From NCBI GenBank assembly GCA_963422365.1, contig OY729426.1, forward strand, positions 960,001 through 1,024,000: a stretch of 64,000 nt of DNA. The letters run 5' to 3'. Below, piece after piece: positions 9,867 through 19,908 of this stretch (positions are counted from its first letter, which is position 1; every line of letters begins with the position of its first letter). The DNA is from Nitrospirales bacterium. GTDB taxonomy: Bacteria; Nitrospirota; Nitrospiria; Nitrospirales; UBA8639. Under the pieces are notes generated by a model, which was not told the origin of the DNA, searched no databases, and was given only the letters and a program-made list of their open reading frames with translations. A program made the position numbers and the translations under genes.

Positions 9867-10355
9867 TTATTGCAGAGGTCCTTTTGACAACTCGCCTATT
9901 CTCTCCGATTCCCTCCGGTGGCTGTCAAGAACGAGTGTCACCGGGCCGTCATTTTCCAGGGTCACCACCATGTTGGCGCCGAACTTGCCTGTTTGAACGT
10001 GAATTCCCCGCTCTCGAATGGAGTGAGCCACGGATTCATAGAATCGACGCGCTGTGTCAGGGGGAGCGGCTGCATCAAATCCAGGGCGTCGCCCATGATG
10101 GGTCTCTCCTAATAACGTAAATTGCGAGACAATGAGAAGTTCTCCGTTCATATCCACGATCGACCGATTCATCTTGCCCGCCTCGTCGGGAAAAATGCGG
10201 AGTTGCGGTATCTTGTCAGTCATATAGGAGACATCTGCCTCGGAATCGTCTTTCGCCACACCTAGGAGGACCACAAGCCCTTGGGCAATTGAGGCGATTG
10301 CCTGGCCATCGACTTCGACGGAGGCTGAGCGGACACGTTGGAGCACCGCTCTCAT
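9867..10355 (-). CDS. dtd: D-aminoacyl-tRNA deacylase
   Basis: MRAVLQRV, SQFTL and NDGPVT motifs. Confidence 0.97.
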   Translation of the reverse strand: MRAVLQRVRSASVEVDGQAIASIAQGLVVLLGVAKDDSEADVSYMTDKIPQLRIFPDEAGKMNRSIVDMNGELLIVSQFTLLGETHHGRRPGFDAAAPPDTARRFYESVAHSIRERGIHVQTGKFGANMVVTLENDGPVTLVLDSHRRESERIGELSKGPLQ

Positions 10356-10383
10356 GCTTGCATGTCCCTATTCAATCCGGACG

Positions 10384-11988
10384 TTACGCCCGAGGGCGTA
10401 AGAACGGAATTTTCTGTTGACCCAGCTTCCACAGGACTTCCAGTTCTTGGGATTGAAACAAGGCCTGCGTGCCAAGGTATCCGGTCATGCTCAATCCGAT
10501 TCCTACCGTGAGCATGATGCCCTTGGCAATCCATTCGTCCGCGCGCTGCCAGACGGCCAAATCCGCAATCCACAGACAGATGAGAATAACGGGGATGGTC
10601 GCGAGTCCGGCCTGGCCGAGTGAGCGACACACCCCTTGCCAATCAATGCCGCCCAGTCGATGCGTGAGAATTCCGATTAACATACTGATATTCACCATGG
10701 CCGAGAGCGCCGTTGCCAAGGCCAAACCTGCATGCTCTAACGGCTTCATGAGGAGCAACGCCAACACAATATTGGTCATCATGGCGGCCACTGCCGCGAA
10801 AGCCGGGGTCTTGGTATCTTGGAGGGAATAAAAGGCCGACACCATGATGCGAATGCCTGCGAAGGCCCACAGCCCAACGGCATAGGCCAGCAGGGCGGCG
10901 GCGGTGGCTTGTGTGTCGGCGGCGGAAAAGGCGCCATGTTCAAACAACAGATGCACAATGGGGTGTCGAAGAAAGATGATCCCGATCATGGCGGGCAGAA
11001 TAATAAATCCGATCATGCGAAGGCCGAATCCTAACGTGTCTCGCAGTTCATCCATGGCCCTGCGAGACGCCTGGTCTGACAGAGTGGGAAGAATCGCCGT
11101 GGCCAGGGCCACGCCGAAAATTCCCAATGGAAATTGGATTAATCGCATGCCATAAAACAGGTACGTGGGGCCACCGGGGAAATACGAGGCCAGGATCGTG
11201 CTGACCGTCATATTCATTTGCGTCACGGACAGCCCCAGTAACGACGGCACGATCAAGAGCCCAATCTTACGCACGCCGGGATGCCCGGGGTTGAACCGCC
11301 ATTGAAAGAGCAGCCCGCGTTTTTGAATGCCGGGCAGTTGAATGACAAATTGCGTCAGCCCGCCGATCACGACCCCGAGGGCGATACCAAGGACCGGCTC
11401 CTCTAAGAACGGGGCCAGCAACAATGCTGAGACAATAATGCAGACGTTAAAAAATACCGGGCCCAGGGCTGGTGCGGCAAAGGCCCGTAGGGAATTGAGA
11501 ATTCCCATGGTTAAGGCCGCCAGACTCATGAAGATCAGATAAGGGAACATCATCTGAGTCAGGGTCGTTGTGAGGCGTAACCGTTCGGCGTCATCGTGAA
11601 ATCCCGGGGCCAACACCCACACAATGGTCGGGGCGACGATCAGACCGATCAGCGTGATCAACGTCACGATTGACAGAAGGGTGGTAAACACGGCGCTGGC
11701 CAGTTCCCAGGTTTCCTTTTTGCTGCGAAGGGTGTGGTATTCAGTGAAGACAGGGATAAAGGCGGAGGACATGGAGCCTTCGGCCAGGAGTTCGCGCAAC
11801 AAATTTGGGATACGATAGGCGACAAAAAACGCATCGGCGGCAAGAGTCGCCCCTAACAGTCGTGCGAGAAGAATATCGCGCCCCAACCCTAGGATTCGGC
11901 TGGAAAAGGTGGCTGCGCCAATGAGTCCTGCTGCTCCGGCGATGGCGCGGTGCTTGTCGGTGTTCGGCGATGGGAGGTCCGGAGACAT
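10384..11988 (-). CDS. murJ: Lipid II flippase MurJ/MviN
   Basis: SRILGLGRD, ADAFFVAYRIPNLLR, RLIQFPLGIFG; many TM segments. Confidence 0.96.
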   Translation of the reverse strand: MSPDLPSPNTDKHRAIAGAAGLIGAATFSSRILGLGRDILLARLLGATLAADAFFVAYRIPNLLRELLAEGSMSSAFIPVFTEYHTLRSKKETWELASAVFTTLLSIVTLITLIGLIVAPTIVWVLAPGFHDDAERLRLTTTLTQMMFPYLIFMSLAALTMGILNSLRAFAAPALGPVFFNVCIIVSALLLAPFLEEPVLGIALGVVIGGLTQFVIQLPGIQKRGLLFQWRFNPGHPGVRKIGLLIVPSLLGLSVTQMNMTVSTILASYFPGGPTYLFYGMRLIQFPLGIFGVALATAILPTLSDQASRRAMDELRDTLGFGLRMIGFIILPAMIGIIFLRHPIVHLLFEHGAFSAADTQATAAALLAYAVGLWAFAGIRIMVSAFYSLQDTKTPAFAAVAAMMTNIVLALLLMKPLEHAGLALATALSAMVNISMLIGILTHRLGGIDWQGVCRSLGQAGLATIPVILICLWIADLAVWQRADEWIAKGIMLTVGIGLSMTGYLGTQALFQSQELEVLWKLGQQKIPFLRPRA

Positions 11989-12114
11989 GAAGGAATTCTA
12001 GACGAACGACATCAGGGAATCCAGGAAACGAAAATGACGAGCTTAGAATCAACGCCTGGCACGACGTCGTATTTGGGAGACGGAGGATGTTCCGAGCCAA
12101 ACCGGAGAAATGTC

Positions 12115-13041
12115 CTATAACCCGCCTCGATCTTGGCGCGGGATGGTTAATTTCGCCTTGATGAATTCCTGATGAGGCAGTTCGAACGATTTGGCGATAT
12201 GGCGAATCGTTTCGATCTCGGCATGAGAGGTGTCTGCTGCGGCGTTGGCAATTGCGAACAGACACCGGAGAAATGCTTTTCGCTCCTCGATGGTGGTGGA
12301 GTGGCAGAACCCCCTGGTGAGCCGAACGAGATCCAAGCCGTGCATGATTCGAAAGTGACTCATGTCGGTAATCAGTTGAGCTTCATCTTTGGGCACGTTC
12401 CAGAGTTGCTGGAGTCCCAGACTCATGGCTTCACGTTCGCGATGACACACCTCATTGTCTGCCCATGCCACATGGGCCATCAGACCCGCCGCCAAACAGA
12501 TTTTTCTGGCCTCTGTCTCCGGGATCGAAAAGGTTCGTCCTTGATGCTGTAACTCCGAAGTCACCTGGAAGTAAATCGTGTTCTTAATAAAATCCTCGAT
12601 GCGATCTTCGCGAGGGAAGGTCCCTTGATAATGACGGGACTTGCGTTTCAGGGCATGTCGAATGGGGGCACTGAGGTGGACTAGCAGACCGGTACGACGT
12701 CCTTCGATATCGTGACGAATTTGCTCGAGAAATGCTGATTCACTTGCGCCGTCAGGCCCATCGCTTGCGTCCAGTTTTTCCAAGGTCTGAAGCACGAGAT
12801 GTTTATCCTGAGATGATCGAATGCCGGAGAGGACACGATCGAGCAAGTCTTGGCGTTCGGCGTCGGTCACCGCATGGGTCATGTAGAGTTCGAGTTGCAT
12901 CCAATCTTCCCCGGAAATATCAGGGAGCAAAAACAGGAGTTCCTTCAAAGCATTGACTTCTTCCGGCTGGAGTTGGCCATCGATCCAAGCGATGCCGATC
13001 ATCAATTTCCCGAGATCTAAAATAAAATCCTTGGTGGCCAT
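12115..13041 (-). CDS. TerB-family protein (two TerB-like domains)
   Basis: IAWIDGQLQPEE and VAWADNEVCHRE repeats; LFAIANA..SHAEIETIRHIA. Confidence 0.75.
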   Translation of the reverse strand: MATKDFILDLGKLMIGIAWIDGQLQPEEVNALKELLFLLPDISGEDWMQLELYMTHAVTDAERQDLLDRVLSGIRSSQDKHLVLQTLEKLDASDGPDGASESAFLEQIRHDIEGRRTGLLVHLSAPIRHALKRKSRHYQGTFPREDRIEDFIKNTIYFQVTSELQHQGRTFSIPETEARKICLAAGLMAHVAWADNEVCHREREAMSLGLQQLWNVPKDEAQLITDMSHFRIMHGLDLVRLTRGFCHSTTIEERKAFLRCLFAIANAAADTSHAEIETIRHIAKSFELPHQEFIKAKLTIPRQDRGGL

Positions 13042-13219
13042 TCTTCCTCCATTCACCCTGTGCCGTTTTGTTTCATTGACACTAAAACGGACCTTTCTAT
13101 AGCATCTTTCGACGTCTTTGTCTTTGGAAAAGACCGCATGAGATGAGGATAGGTCAATGAGATGAGGATGAGTCAATGAGTCTACAGCACAGAAAGGGTA
13201 ACGTTTTCAAGAATCGATC

Positions 13220-14767
13220 ATGGACACGCACGTAACTCCTGCATCGCCTTCCCCGTGGGGTCGGCTGTGGTTTTTTGGAACGGCCTTTACCACGGGTGCC
13301 GTGGTCATGGCCTTGGAAATTCTGGGAAGTCGTCTTCTTGCCCCGGTGTTCGGAACCTCCTTGTTTGTCTGGGGTGCGCTGATTGGGGTCGTCCTTGCAG
13401 CCATGAGCAGCGGCTATTCCACTGGTGGCTGGCTGGCCGATCGGCGCGCTCCTGGTATGGTGTTGCCCTGGTTACTGCTGGGCTCAGGCGCCTGGACCCT
13501 CCTGTTGGCGGGGGTGGGGCAACCCATCCTGTTTACGGTCTCGCAATGGACCTCGGATCCGCGATGGGGGCCTTGTCTGGCGGCCAGTGTGTTGTTGGCG
13601 GTTCCGGCCTTTGGGTTAAGTGGAGTGCTCCCCGTGCTCTTGCGATTGGCGATTGCCGATATGGGACATCTTGGTCGACACACGGGGGCGATGATTGCCA
13701 TATCTACTATTGGAAGCTTGGTTGGGACCTGGGGAACGTCTTTTTTCTTATTAACGTGGCTGGGGAGCTTAACCCTTGTCGCGGTCTTGGGAGTTGTGTT
13801 GGTGGTCTTGGGATCTAGCTGGTTGTGGTGGAGCAGGCGAAGCAATGCGTTGATGCTGGTTCCTCTTGTCGGGGTTCTCAGCGGGCTGATCTGGTTGGGG
13901 GTTCACCCGGTTTTAGTTCTACCTCCGGCGATTTATCAGGAAGATAGTCCGTATCAGCAAGTGCAGGTACGCGATGAGAAAGGACTACGGTTTTTGGTGC
14001 TCGACAATACCTTCCATGCGATTATGTGGCAATCCGATCCGGTAAGATTGACGCTTCCGTATAGTCAAATGATGATGGCCGCCCTGGCTCTTCATCCTGA
14101 GCCTCAACGGGGGCTGATCTTGGGACAGGGAGGAGGGTCTCTTACAAAATGGCTGGAGCGGCATTGGCCGCAATTAGAACTGGACGTGGTTGAGATGGAC
14201 CCTTCAGTCGTCAAGGCTGCCGAGGAATTTTTTGAATATCAGGCTCCCCCGAACCACCACGTGTATGTCCAGGATGCGCGCGTCTTTTTGGCAAAGAATG
14301 CAGTGCACTATGACATCATTTGGGTGGATGTCTTTGCCCGCCACCAAATTCCGTTTCATTTGGTCACCACGGAATTTTTTGCTGAATTGCGGCGGCACCT
14401 GAGCGCAGAGGGGGTGGTTGCGGTAAATCTTGCTTCCTCGGATTCGGAGTTGGATCGGATCAGAGCCGAGGCCGTGGTGTCCACGATGAAGACCTCGTTC
14501 CCTCAGGTGGAGGCGTACAGTATTCCTGCCCCATCCTGGCTCCGAACCAGACCCGGGTCGGCGAATATTATATTCTTTGCCGGTCCCGGTCCGTTCAACA
14601 TGGACTCCGAGACGTTTTCCTTGGCGACGATTACGTTGCTGAATCAAGGCAAAATGCCGCCGGAGGTTTTCCCCTTTTTCAATTCCGCCAAATCGCCGGA
14701 ATGGAATCCAGGCCTCATCCTGACCGATGAATTTTCCCCATTCGATATTCTTCAAGGGAGTGGCTGA
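13220..14767 (+). CDS. Fused membrane/spermidine-synthase-like protein
   Basis: N-terminal TMs (VMALEILGSRLLAPVFG); DSPYQ, LILGQGGG, VEMDP, DARVF and LTDEFSP motifs. Confidence 0.85.
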   Translation: MDTHVTPASPSPWGRLWFFGTAFTTGAVVMALEILGSRLLAPVFGTSLFVWGALIGVVLAAMSSGYSTGGWLADRRAPGMVLPWLLLGSGAWTLLLAGVGQPILFTVSQWTSDPRWGPCLAASVLLAVPAFGLSGVLPVLLRLAIADMGHLGRHTGAMIAISTIGSLVGTWGTSFFLLTWLGSLTLVAVLGVVLVVLGSSWLWWSRRSNALMLVPLVGVLSGLIWLGVHPVLVLPPAIYQEDSPYQQVQVRDEKGLRFLVLDNTFHAIMWQSDPVRLTLPYSQMMMAALALHPEPQRGLILGQGGGSLTKWLERHWPQLELDVVEMDPSVVKAAEEFFEYQAPPNHHVYVQDARVFLAKNAVHYDIIWVDVFARHQIPFHLVTTEFFAELRRHLSAEGVVAVNLASSDSELDRIRAEAVVSTMKTSFPQVEAYSIPAPSWLRTRPGSANIIFFAGPGPFNMDSETFSLATITLLNQGKMPPEVFPFFNSAKSPEWNPGLILTDEFSPFDILQGSG

Positions 14768-14884
14768 CACCACGCAACCTTAGCGCAGGAAGACGCTCCT
14801 TTCAGTCGGGTGGCTGATCCCATAAGGTTGACGAGTACAAAGTGATTGCGCCGTTTTGCTCTCCGTCATGCCGCGACCCCGTTT

Positions 14885-15400
14885 TCATCGTATGGCGACC
14901 TTTAGTATTTGATTTACATCATCCACGACATAAGCAGAGTCTTGGTCTGAGTTGCAGGATAGGGCGGGAAAGACAAACAGGTCACTCAATCGAATATCTT
15001 GTTTCTGTTGAGAGATGAAATCTATCTTTGTTATTTCGTCTACAAATTCCTGTTTCACGCCGAAGCATTTTCTAAGACTTGCAATTACATTTTTTATGCC
15101 CTTATAAACCTGTTGCCAAGCCTCGTCTCTACTATCAAACTTTGTTACAGGCTTTCCATCTTGTGTCAAAGCCATCAATGACTTCATATCATCAAAGTCT
15201 TGCCATGCACATTCTTTGAGAATTATGGGAATTCTTGGTTGGTTTCCATTTTTAGCTAATTGCTTTGCATAGTTCCATTCTTCTTTACATTTGTCTGAAG
15301 CAAGAAAGTCGCTGCTAATTAAGAATGCCAAGATGTCGGACTTTTCCTCACTTTGCTTCTCCGTTATCTCATTGGCCATTCAAGAGAATGAAGGTTTCGC
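14885..15400 (-). pseudogene. Truncated TIR-domain protein (probable TIR-STAND/NACHT N-terminal remnant)
   Basis: SDILAFLISSDFLASDKCKEEW, IPIILKECAW, RDEAWQQVYKGI, then LSDLFVFPAL and a premature end; AT-rich. Confidence 0.65.
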
Positions 15401-15424
15401 GAATACATTATTTCAGCCTTCGGA

Positions 15425-16071
15425 TTACACCGCCAACTCCCCGGACATCAAGCGCGGCAAGAGCAGGTCTCGGTCTTTGGGCACCTGATTTTTCGGATTG
15501 ATCTGAATCACCTCGGGAACAGTCTTCCTCTCCCACCCCTCGGGCACGCTGTCTTTGATTGTGACGTGTTCGTGGCCGGGTAAGCGGAAATGGATGAACG
15601 ATTCCTTATAGAGCAGTCGCGCCGATTGTTCCAGCAACTGAATCCGTCGCCGATTTTTCTCGATCAGGTCGTCGTAGGCGGAGAGTATGGAGCGATTGAC
15701 TGTTGCCGTAGCAAATCGAAATCAGGTATTTCGCCACGGAGAACGGTATCTGTATCTACGGCTGGGTAAGATGTCTCCTTTGTGTTGTTCGTCAGATATC
15801 CTGTGAATCGTCTGTCTGTAATTGCGTAATAGACAAAGCGGGGGTCTGCATTATCTTTAGCTCGAAGAACGGCGAATCCTGTGGATGTGATGGTGTTCTT
15901 CTCAGGCTTCCAGATGAACAGAAACGAACGCAAGTTGGGCCGAACTATTGCCAGAATTGTGTCGCCATCCCTTATAATCCTCTTTGCTCGGGACGAAGGG
16001 TGAAAGGTGAAGTTTGAATAGATCACCACCCTATCTATCGCACGATTCAAGCTTCTCACTTCAAATTTCAT
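15425..16071 (-). pseudogene. hsdS: Type I RM specificity subunit remnant (frameshift plus deletion of TRD2)
   Basis: [52 protein letters not shown] joined almost directly to [13 protein letters not shown]. Confidence 0.85.
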
Positions 16072-16206
16072 CTGTCACTCCCTCGCGTCAGTTCGACCTC
16101 GATTGCCTCGATGGTCGGCTGGTCGTCGGGATGACGCATCCGGTCGTCCACGGCGGAGAGGTACAGGGTTCATCTGTTCGACAAAGGCGGGATCCGGCTC
16201 AATCAT
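16068..16206 (-). pseudogene. C-terminal fragment of a YhcG/DUF1016 PD-(D/E)XK nuclease
   Basis: Minus strand reads LYLSAVDDRMRHPDDQPTIEAIEVEL; its stop overlaps the hsdS ATG (ATGA). Confidence 0.65.
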
Positions 16207-16259
16207 GACGACCTTACGGCGATACCGGTCAATCACTGCCACCCTTCACGATGTATCGC

Positions 16260-16680
16260 GTGTTGGGCGGCTCTATCGCAACCCCTCGAAGCGTGAAATC
16301 CCGATCGAGAGTAATCCATTCACAGCTGAACTCGATGGCCAAAGCAGCAAAATACGCGTCCGGTATCAGGTTGCCCCAGATTTCGGCGTCCAGATACAGT
16401 CATGTCAATATCTCCTAATGCTTGGGCCCCGGGCTGACTGGAATACACTGGGGCTGGATTCTGAACATGTTTGCGAACTTCAGTGCCTCGTCCGGCGGAC
16501 TCGGGCGGATGAAAACGCGAGGATGGGTGACGATGCGGAGGAATCCACTCAATACCAGATCAGAGACAGCGAAGGCCTCGTCCCCGCCAAGCACGGCCTC
16601 AAGCCACGGCCGGCAGAAGCGTGTTCCGAAGCGTCGTCACGATACGCCGCAACGAGGACGTTGACGTCAGGCAGGATCAT
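16260..16680 (-). pseudogene. vapC: VapC PIN-domain toxin pseudogene
   Basis: MILPDVNVLVAAYRDD, LSGFLRIVTHPRVF, GNLIPDAYFAALAIE, WITLDRDF, interrupted by frameshifts and stops. Confidence 0.85.
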
Positions 16681-16915
16681 GAGCCTTTTCAATGAGATCA
16701 AGCAGAGAGGCCGAATCGATCAGATCCACACCGGGCATAACTCTGTTCCAGGAACCGAGGCAGGTCAACGGCAGGTCGCTCCGTTGCGCGACATCGGGAC
16801 AGAGACTCGCGGAGAGCGTCCTGAATGACGGCAGTCAGCGTCTTTCCTGTGTCCGCAGCACCCCCCCCTGTAGCTCGGCGAACAGATGGTCATCAATATG
16901 AATTATTGTGCGCAT
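16680..16915 (-). pseudogene. vapB: VapB antitoxin pseudogene
   Basis: MRTIIHIDDHLFAEL, a frameshift at a G run (~16861-16868), then DTGKTLTAVIQDALRESL. Confidence 0.75.
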
Positions 16916-16931
16916 GCATAAAAATATGCAT
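16914..16931. promoter_or_regulatory. Palindromic operator at the vapB start
   Basis: ATGCATA-aaaa-TATGCAT perfect inverted repeat, typical of TA autoregulation. Confidence 0.55.
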
Positions 16932-16979
16932 ACCATACATCTTTATGTCAACGGTGAATCATTCGCCATGATGCCGACC

Positions 16980-17070
16980 TGATTGATCGACTCGTGTCTT
17001 CTTCGCCGTCGCCATCGCAACCAGTGCCGTTGGGTCCAGCGATGATAGTGATTTTTCGGTCGGCGTTCAT
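16980..17070 (-). pseudogene. N-terminal stub of a zeta-toxin-like/AAA P-loop protein
   Basis: MNADRKITIIAGPNGTG, with similarity lost inside the Walker A motif. Confidence 0.5.
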
Positions 17071-17097
17071 CGTTCGGTGCTGAAGCAGGCGTTGCCT

Positions 17098-17330
17098 TTA
17101 TCGAGAGTGCGGGGTGCAGTAGCCGGATACCAGACCGAGATAGCGCCCGGTCTCGCCCCGGTAGAGCCAGACGATGGCCAGCTGGTTTTGCTCCTGCTCG
17201 GGGCTGAAGTCGTCGATCTTGCGCGTGACTTTGCGATAGACGTTGCGCACGTCGATCATCAGCACCGTGCCGCGGTCAGGATCGAGCGGAAGGTTGAGCC
17301 GTGCGCCTCGTGACGTTTTTTGCATCAGGG
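17098..17330 (-). pseudogene. hsdM: Internal fragment of a type I RM methyltransferase
   Basis: VLMIDVRNVYRKVTRKIDDFSPEQEQNQLAIVWLYRG, characteristic of an HsdM C-terminal region. Confidence 0.65.
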
Positions 17331-17403
17331 AAACAACGAGACGTTTCTTATTCCCATCAACCACAAGTATCAGCCAAGCGAAACGTCACAACGAGCGCAT
17401 TGC

Positions 17404-18360
17404 TTAGGGCGTATCGGACGGTCCTAGAAATCGCTCGCCATCGAAGTGGATCAAGTGCGATGGGGCTTCGGCCACCCACACCTCGGTTTCCCATGCAATC
17501 TCGCCAAGGTATCGGGCCATCACGGCACGATTCGGGAAAGCAGTTACGTAGACCCGTCCAGCCTTTGCCCCTACAAACAATTGAGCCAACTCAGTGTGTC
17601 GCTTGCCGTCAACAGGTCCGTGACTGGTAACCGCCTCTACCAGCAAAAGCCAGTTGCGAGCAGCATAGTAGAGAACAACGTCTGGCATCTTGCCATGTGA
17701 AGAGACATTGATGCCGAGATTAGCAAGCAGCGACACGTCAAAGTAACCCCATTTGTCGCCGGTGTCTCCGGCATAGATCAGCACGCTACCTGGCGCAAAG
17801 CGCGGTCCAAAGTCCTCAATAATTAACCGGATCAGTTTACTGTGTTCACCGGGACTGAGGGTTATCTTCTTGCTCTCTGCAATCTGCACGGGAATTCGGT
17901 TTTGTTTGCGCTCCTTGGCATACTTGGCGGCCAGTGTCTCATGATGCGAGAGATAATCCATCAACTCGTCGTGCCATGCTTTGGTGCCGAAGCTGCAAAG
18001 CAACGCGAGTGTTGCGGGTTCGATCTGATAGACCGCTTTTGGGCTATTGACTGGTCTGTCAGGCATGTCCGGGTTGTAAAGAGCGATTCCGGCATCCACG
18101 AACTGATGCATCGTCTGCCGACGAAACGTTTCTCGTGTGTTCGGCGCATACTCTTTCCGGTAATGCACCCTTGCCCAATCCATGATCGGGGTCATGCCCA
18201 TAAGGGGATTTTCCGCGCGTGCCCATTTCTTGCGAGGTGTCAAATTCAGCAACGCAAGCAGACAGAGGGCGGAACGTTCATTCTGTTGCGCATGAGGCAA
18301 ACCAAGTGAGACAAGAATGTGATGGGCTTCGGCGATGCGTTTATTGGGGACATTCGTCAT
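17404..18360 (-). CDS. BsuBI/PstI-family type II restriction endonuclease
   Basis: YAPNTRETFRRQTMHQF, HGKMPDVVLY, EAVTSHGP, IAWETEVW, HLIHFDGERFLGP. Confidence 0.92.
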   Translation of the reverse strand: MTNVPNKRIAEAHHILVSLGLPHAQQNERSALCLLALLNLTPRKKWARAENPLMGMTPIMDWARVHYRKEYAPNTRETFRRQTMHQFVDAGIALYNPDMPDRPVNSPKAVYQIEPATLALLCSFGTKAWHDELMDYLSHHETLAAKYAKERKQNRIPVQIAESKKITLSPGEHSKLIRLIIEDFGPRFAPGSVLIYAGDTGDKWGYFDVSLLANLGINVSSHGKMPDVVLYYAARNWLLLVEAVTSHGPVDGKRHTELAQLFVGAKAGRVYVTAFPNRAVMARYLGEIAWETEVWVAEAPSHLIHFDGERFLGPSDTP

Positions 18361-19841
18361 GCGTCTAAACGCTCCAGTCGCTCGTCAATCAGGACTTGAG
18401 TCAGGTCATGGCGCAGAGCCCACTCGCCTAAGGTAATCAGGCTTTCCCTGTTCGGGTACTTTATGAGCCTGAGGTCGGTCGCATTCACCTGAGTATGACC
18501 GTTGAAACGCCGAAAATTTTTATCAATTGCAGGGGCGTTGAGGAATGCGGCTAACCCATATGCCAGCGCTTCCGTCAATCCATGCTTTTCTTCATGAAAC
18601 ACGTTCAGGTGGTTTTCAAAACCCAGCGCTTCGGCATTGGGAAAACTGTCCGGCTTGACGACACTCGCTACGATACGGCGTTGTTCCTCCTTGGAAGAAA
18701 AGCGGCGCACGACGCAATAAAACCCGTTCGGGTACAGCCACTTTTCCGTTTCGGCATTGCGGCAGATCGCATTGGGTTTGTTCAAGTTCCGATTTGGCCA
18801 ATCTGTAGTCTGACCTTTACAGTGGCAGGGATAAAGCAAGGGAACTGTGTCCGCACCCGGCACGTCACGCAGGTGCTCCTTCAACCGAAAATCAACCACG
18901 GGACCGGTCGAGACCTTGATGCCTATATCTTCCAAAGTGCAGCAGATCACTGTTGATCGTTCGATGGTGCTAAATTCCGGTGAGGTTGGCACGTGTATGA
19001 ATCGCTCGGGGTCTCCGGGAAACACGATGCGATCGAAAGAGTACCGGTTCGTCTCCATATCGGCGAAGCCGGCATCGGTCGAGGTCGTCACCGTCACGTT
19101 GCCTTGGCGGGTCCCACGCTCCAACGTGATGATGACGTTCTCCTGCAACACTTCATCGTCCTTAAAGGCCTTGTTTCTGGATGCGAACAGGTGCATTTGT
19201 CGGATCGCCGCACGTTTCAGAACATAGTCACGGAAGGGACGGTAATACGGGCCATTACAGAAACTCCGCGGTACGATTGCGACAAGTTGACCGTGATCCT
19301 CCAGCAAGGATAAAGATAAGGCCACAAACGCTGAATACAGATTGACGGTTTCAATGCCGACTCGCCGCAATGCCGAACGGTATGGAGAGTTGCTCCGTAT
19401 CTTTTTGTACGGCGGGTTCAGGATGGCGTGCGTGTATCGTGGAAGAGTCTTGGCAAAGAGATTCCCAGAGAGCGAATCTACGGAAGCATGTACAAAGTCG
19501 TCACCCCGAATGGTAGGGACAACATTTTGATGCCGACTGTATTCACCTAGCGACTCTACTAAATAGGGATGTAGGCATTCGTCGATCTCGAACGCATCGA
19601 CTTCGACACGCCGGAAATCGAAGCCACCAGAAGCCCACCTTTCCAAAAAGGCGACAGCAAGAGAACCGATGCCGGCCCCAGCATCGAGCAGACGGCAGGT
19701 GTCCAGCGGTCTTTGAAGAAACAATCCCGCCATAAATCGAGCAATTTCCGCTGGTGTGAAAAACTGCCCATACTGTGCCTTCCTCGTTGGATCGATGGTT
19801 TTGGCCACCGTCAGCCTTAATCGTTCAACTTCTGGAAGCAA
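18357..19841 (-). CDS. N6-adenine DNA methyltransferase (BsuBI/PstI, Eco57I-domain type)
   Basis: GQFFTP, LLDAGAGIGSL, NPPY, GHTQVNATDL; overlaps the REase start. Confidence 0.92.
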   Translation of the reverse strand: MLPEVERLRLTVAKTIDPTRKAQYGQFFTPAEIARFMAGLFLQRPLDTCRLLDAGAGIGSLAVAFLERWASGGFDFRRVEVDAFEIDECLHPYLVESLGEYSRHQNVVPTIRGDDFVHASVDSLSGNLFAKTLPRYTHAILNPPYKKIRSNSPYRSALRRVGIETVNLYSAFVALSLSLLEDHGQLVAIVPRSFCNGPYYRPFRDYVLKRAAIRQMHLFASRNKAFKDDEVLQENVIITLERGTRQGNVTVTTSTDAGFADMETNRYSFDRIVFPGDPERFIHVPTSPEFSTIERSTVICCTLEDIGIKVSTGPVVDFRLKEHLRDVPGADTVPLLYPCHCKGQTTDWPNRNLNKPNAICRNAETEKWLYPNGFYCVVRRFSSKEEQRRIVASVVKPDSFPNAEALGFENHLNVFHEEKHGLTEALAYGLAAFLNAPAIDKNFRRFNGHTQVNATDLRLIKYPNRESLITLGEWALRHDLTQVLIDERLERLDA

Positions 19842-19908
19842 AGGTCTGCCTCCTGTTTCGTGCCCGAACGTTACCGATGACGAAGTTACTCTAGATCGAC
19901 TTGTTGCC

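Noticed and set aside
16103..16828. 241-aa plus-strand ORF in the defence island
   Set aside because: Antisense shadow of the vapBC pseudogenes on the minus strand.
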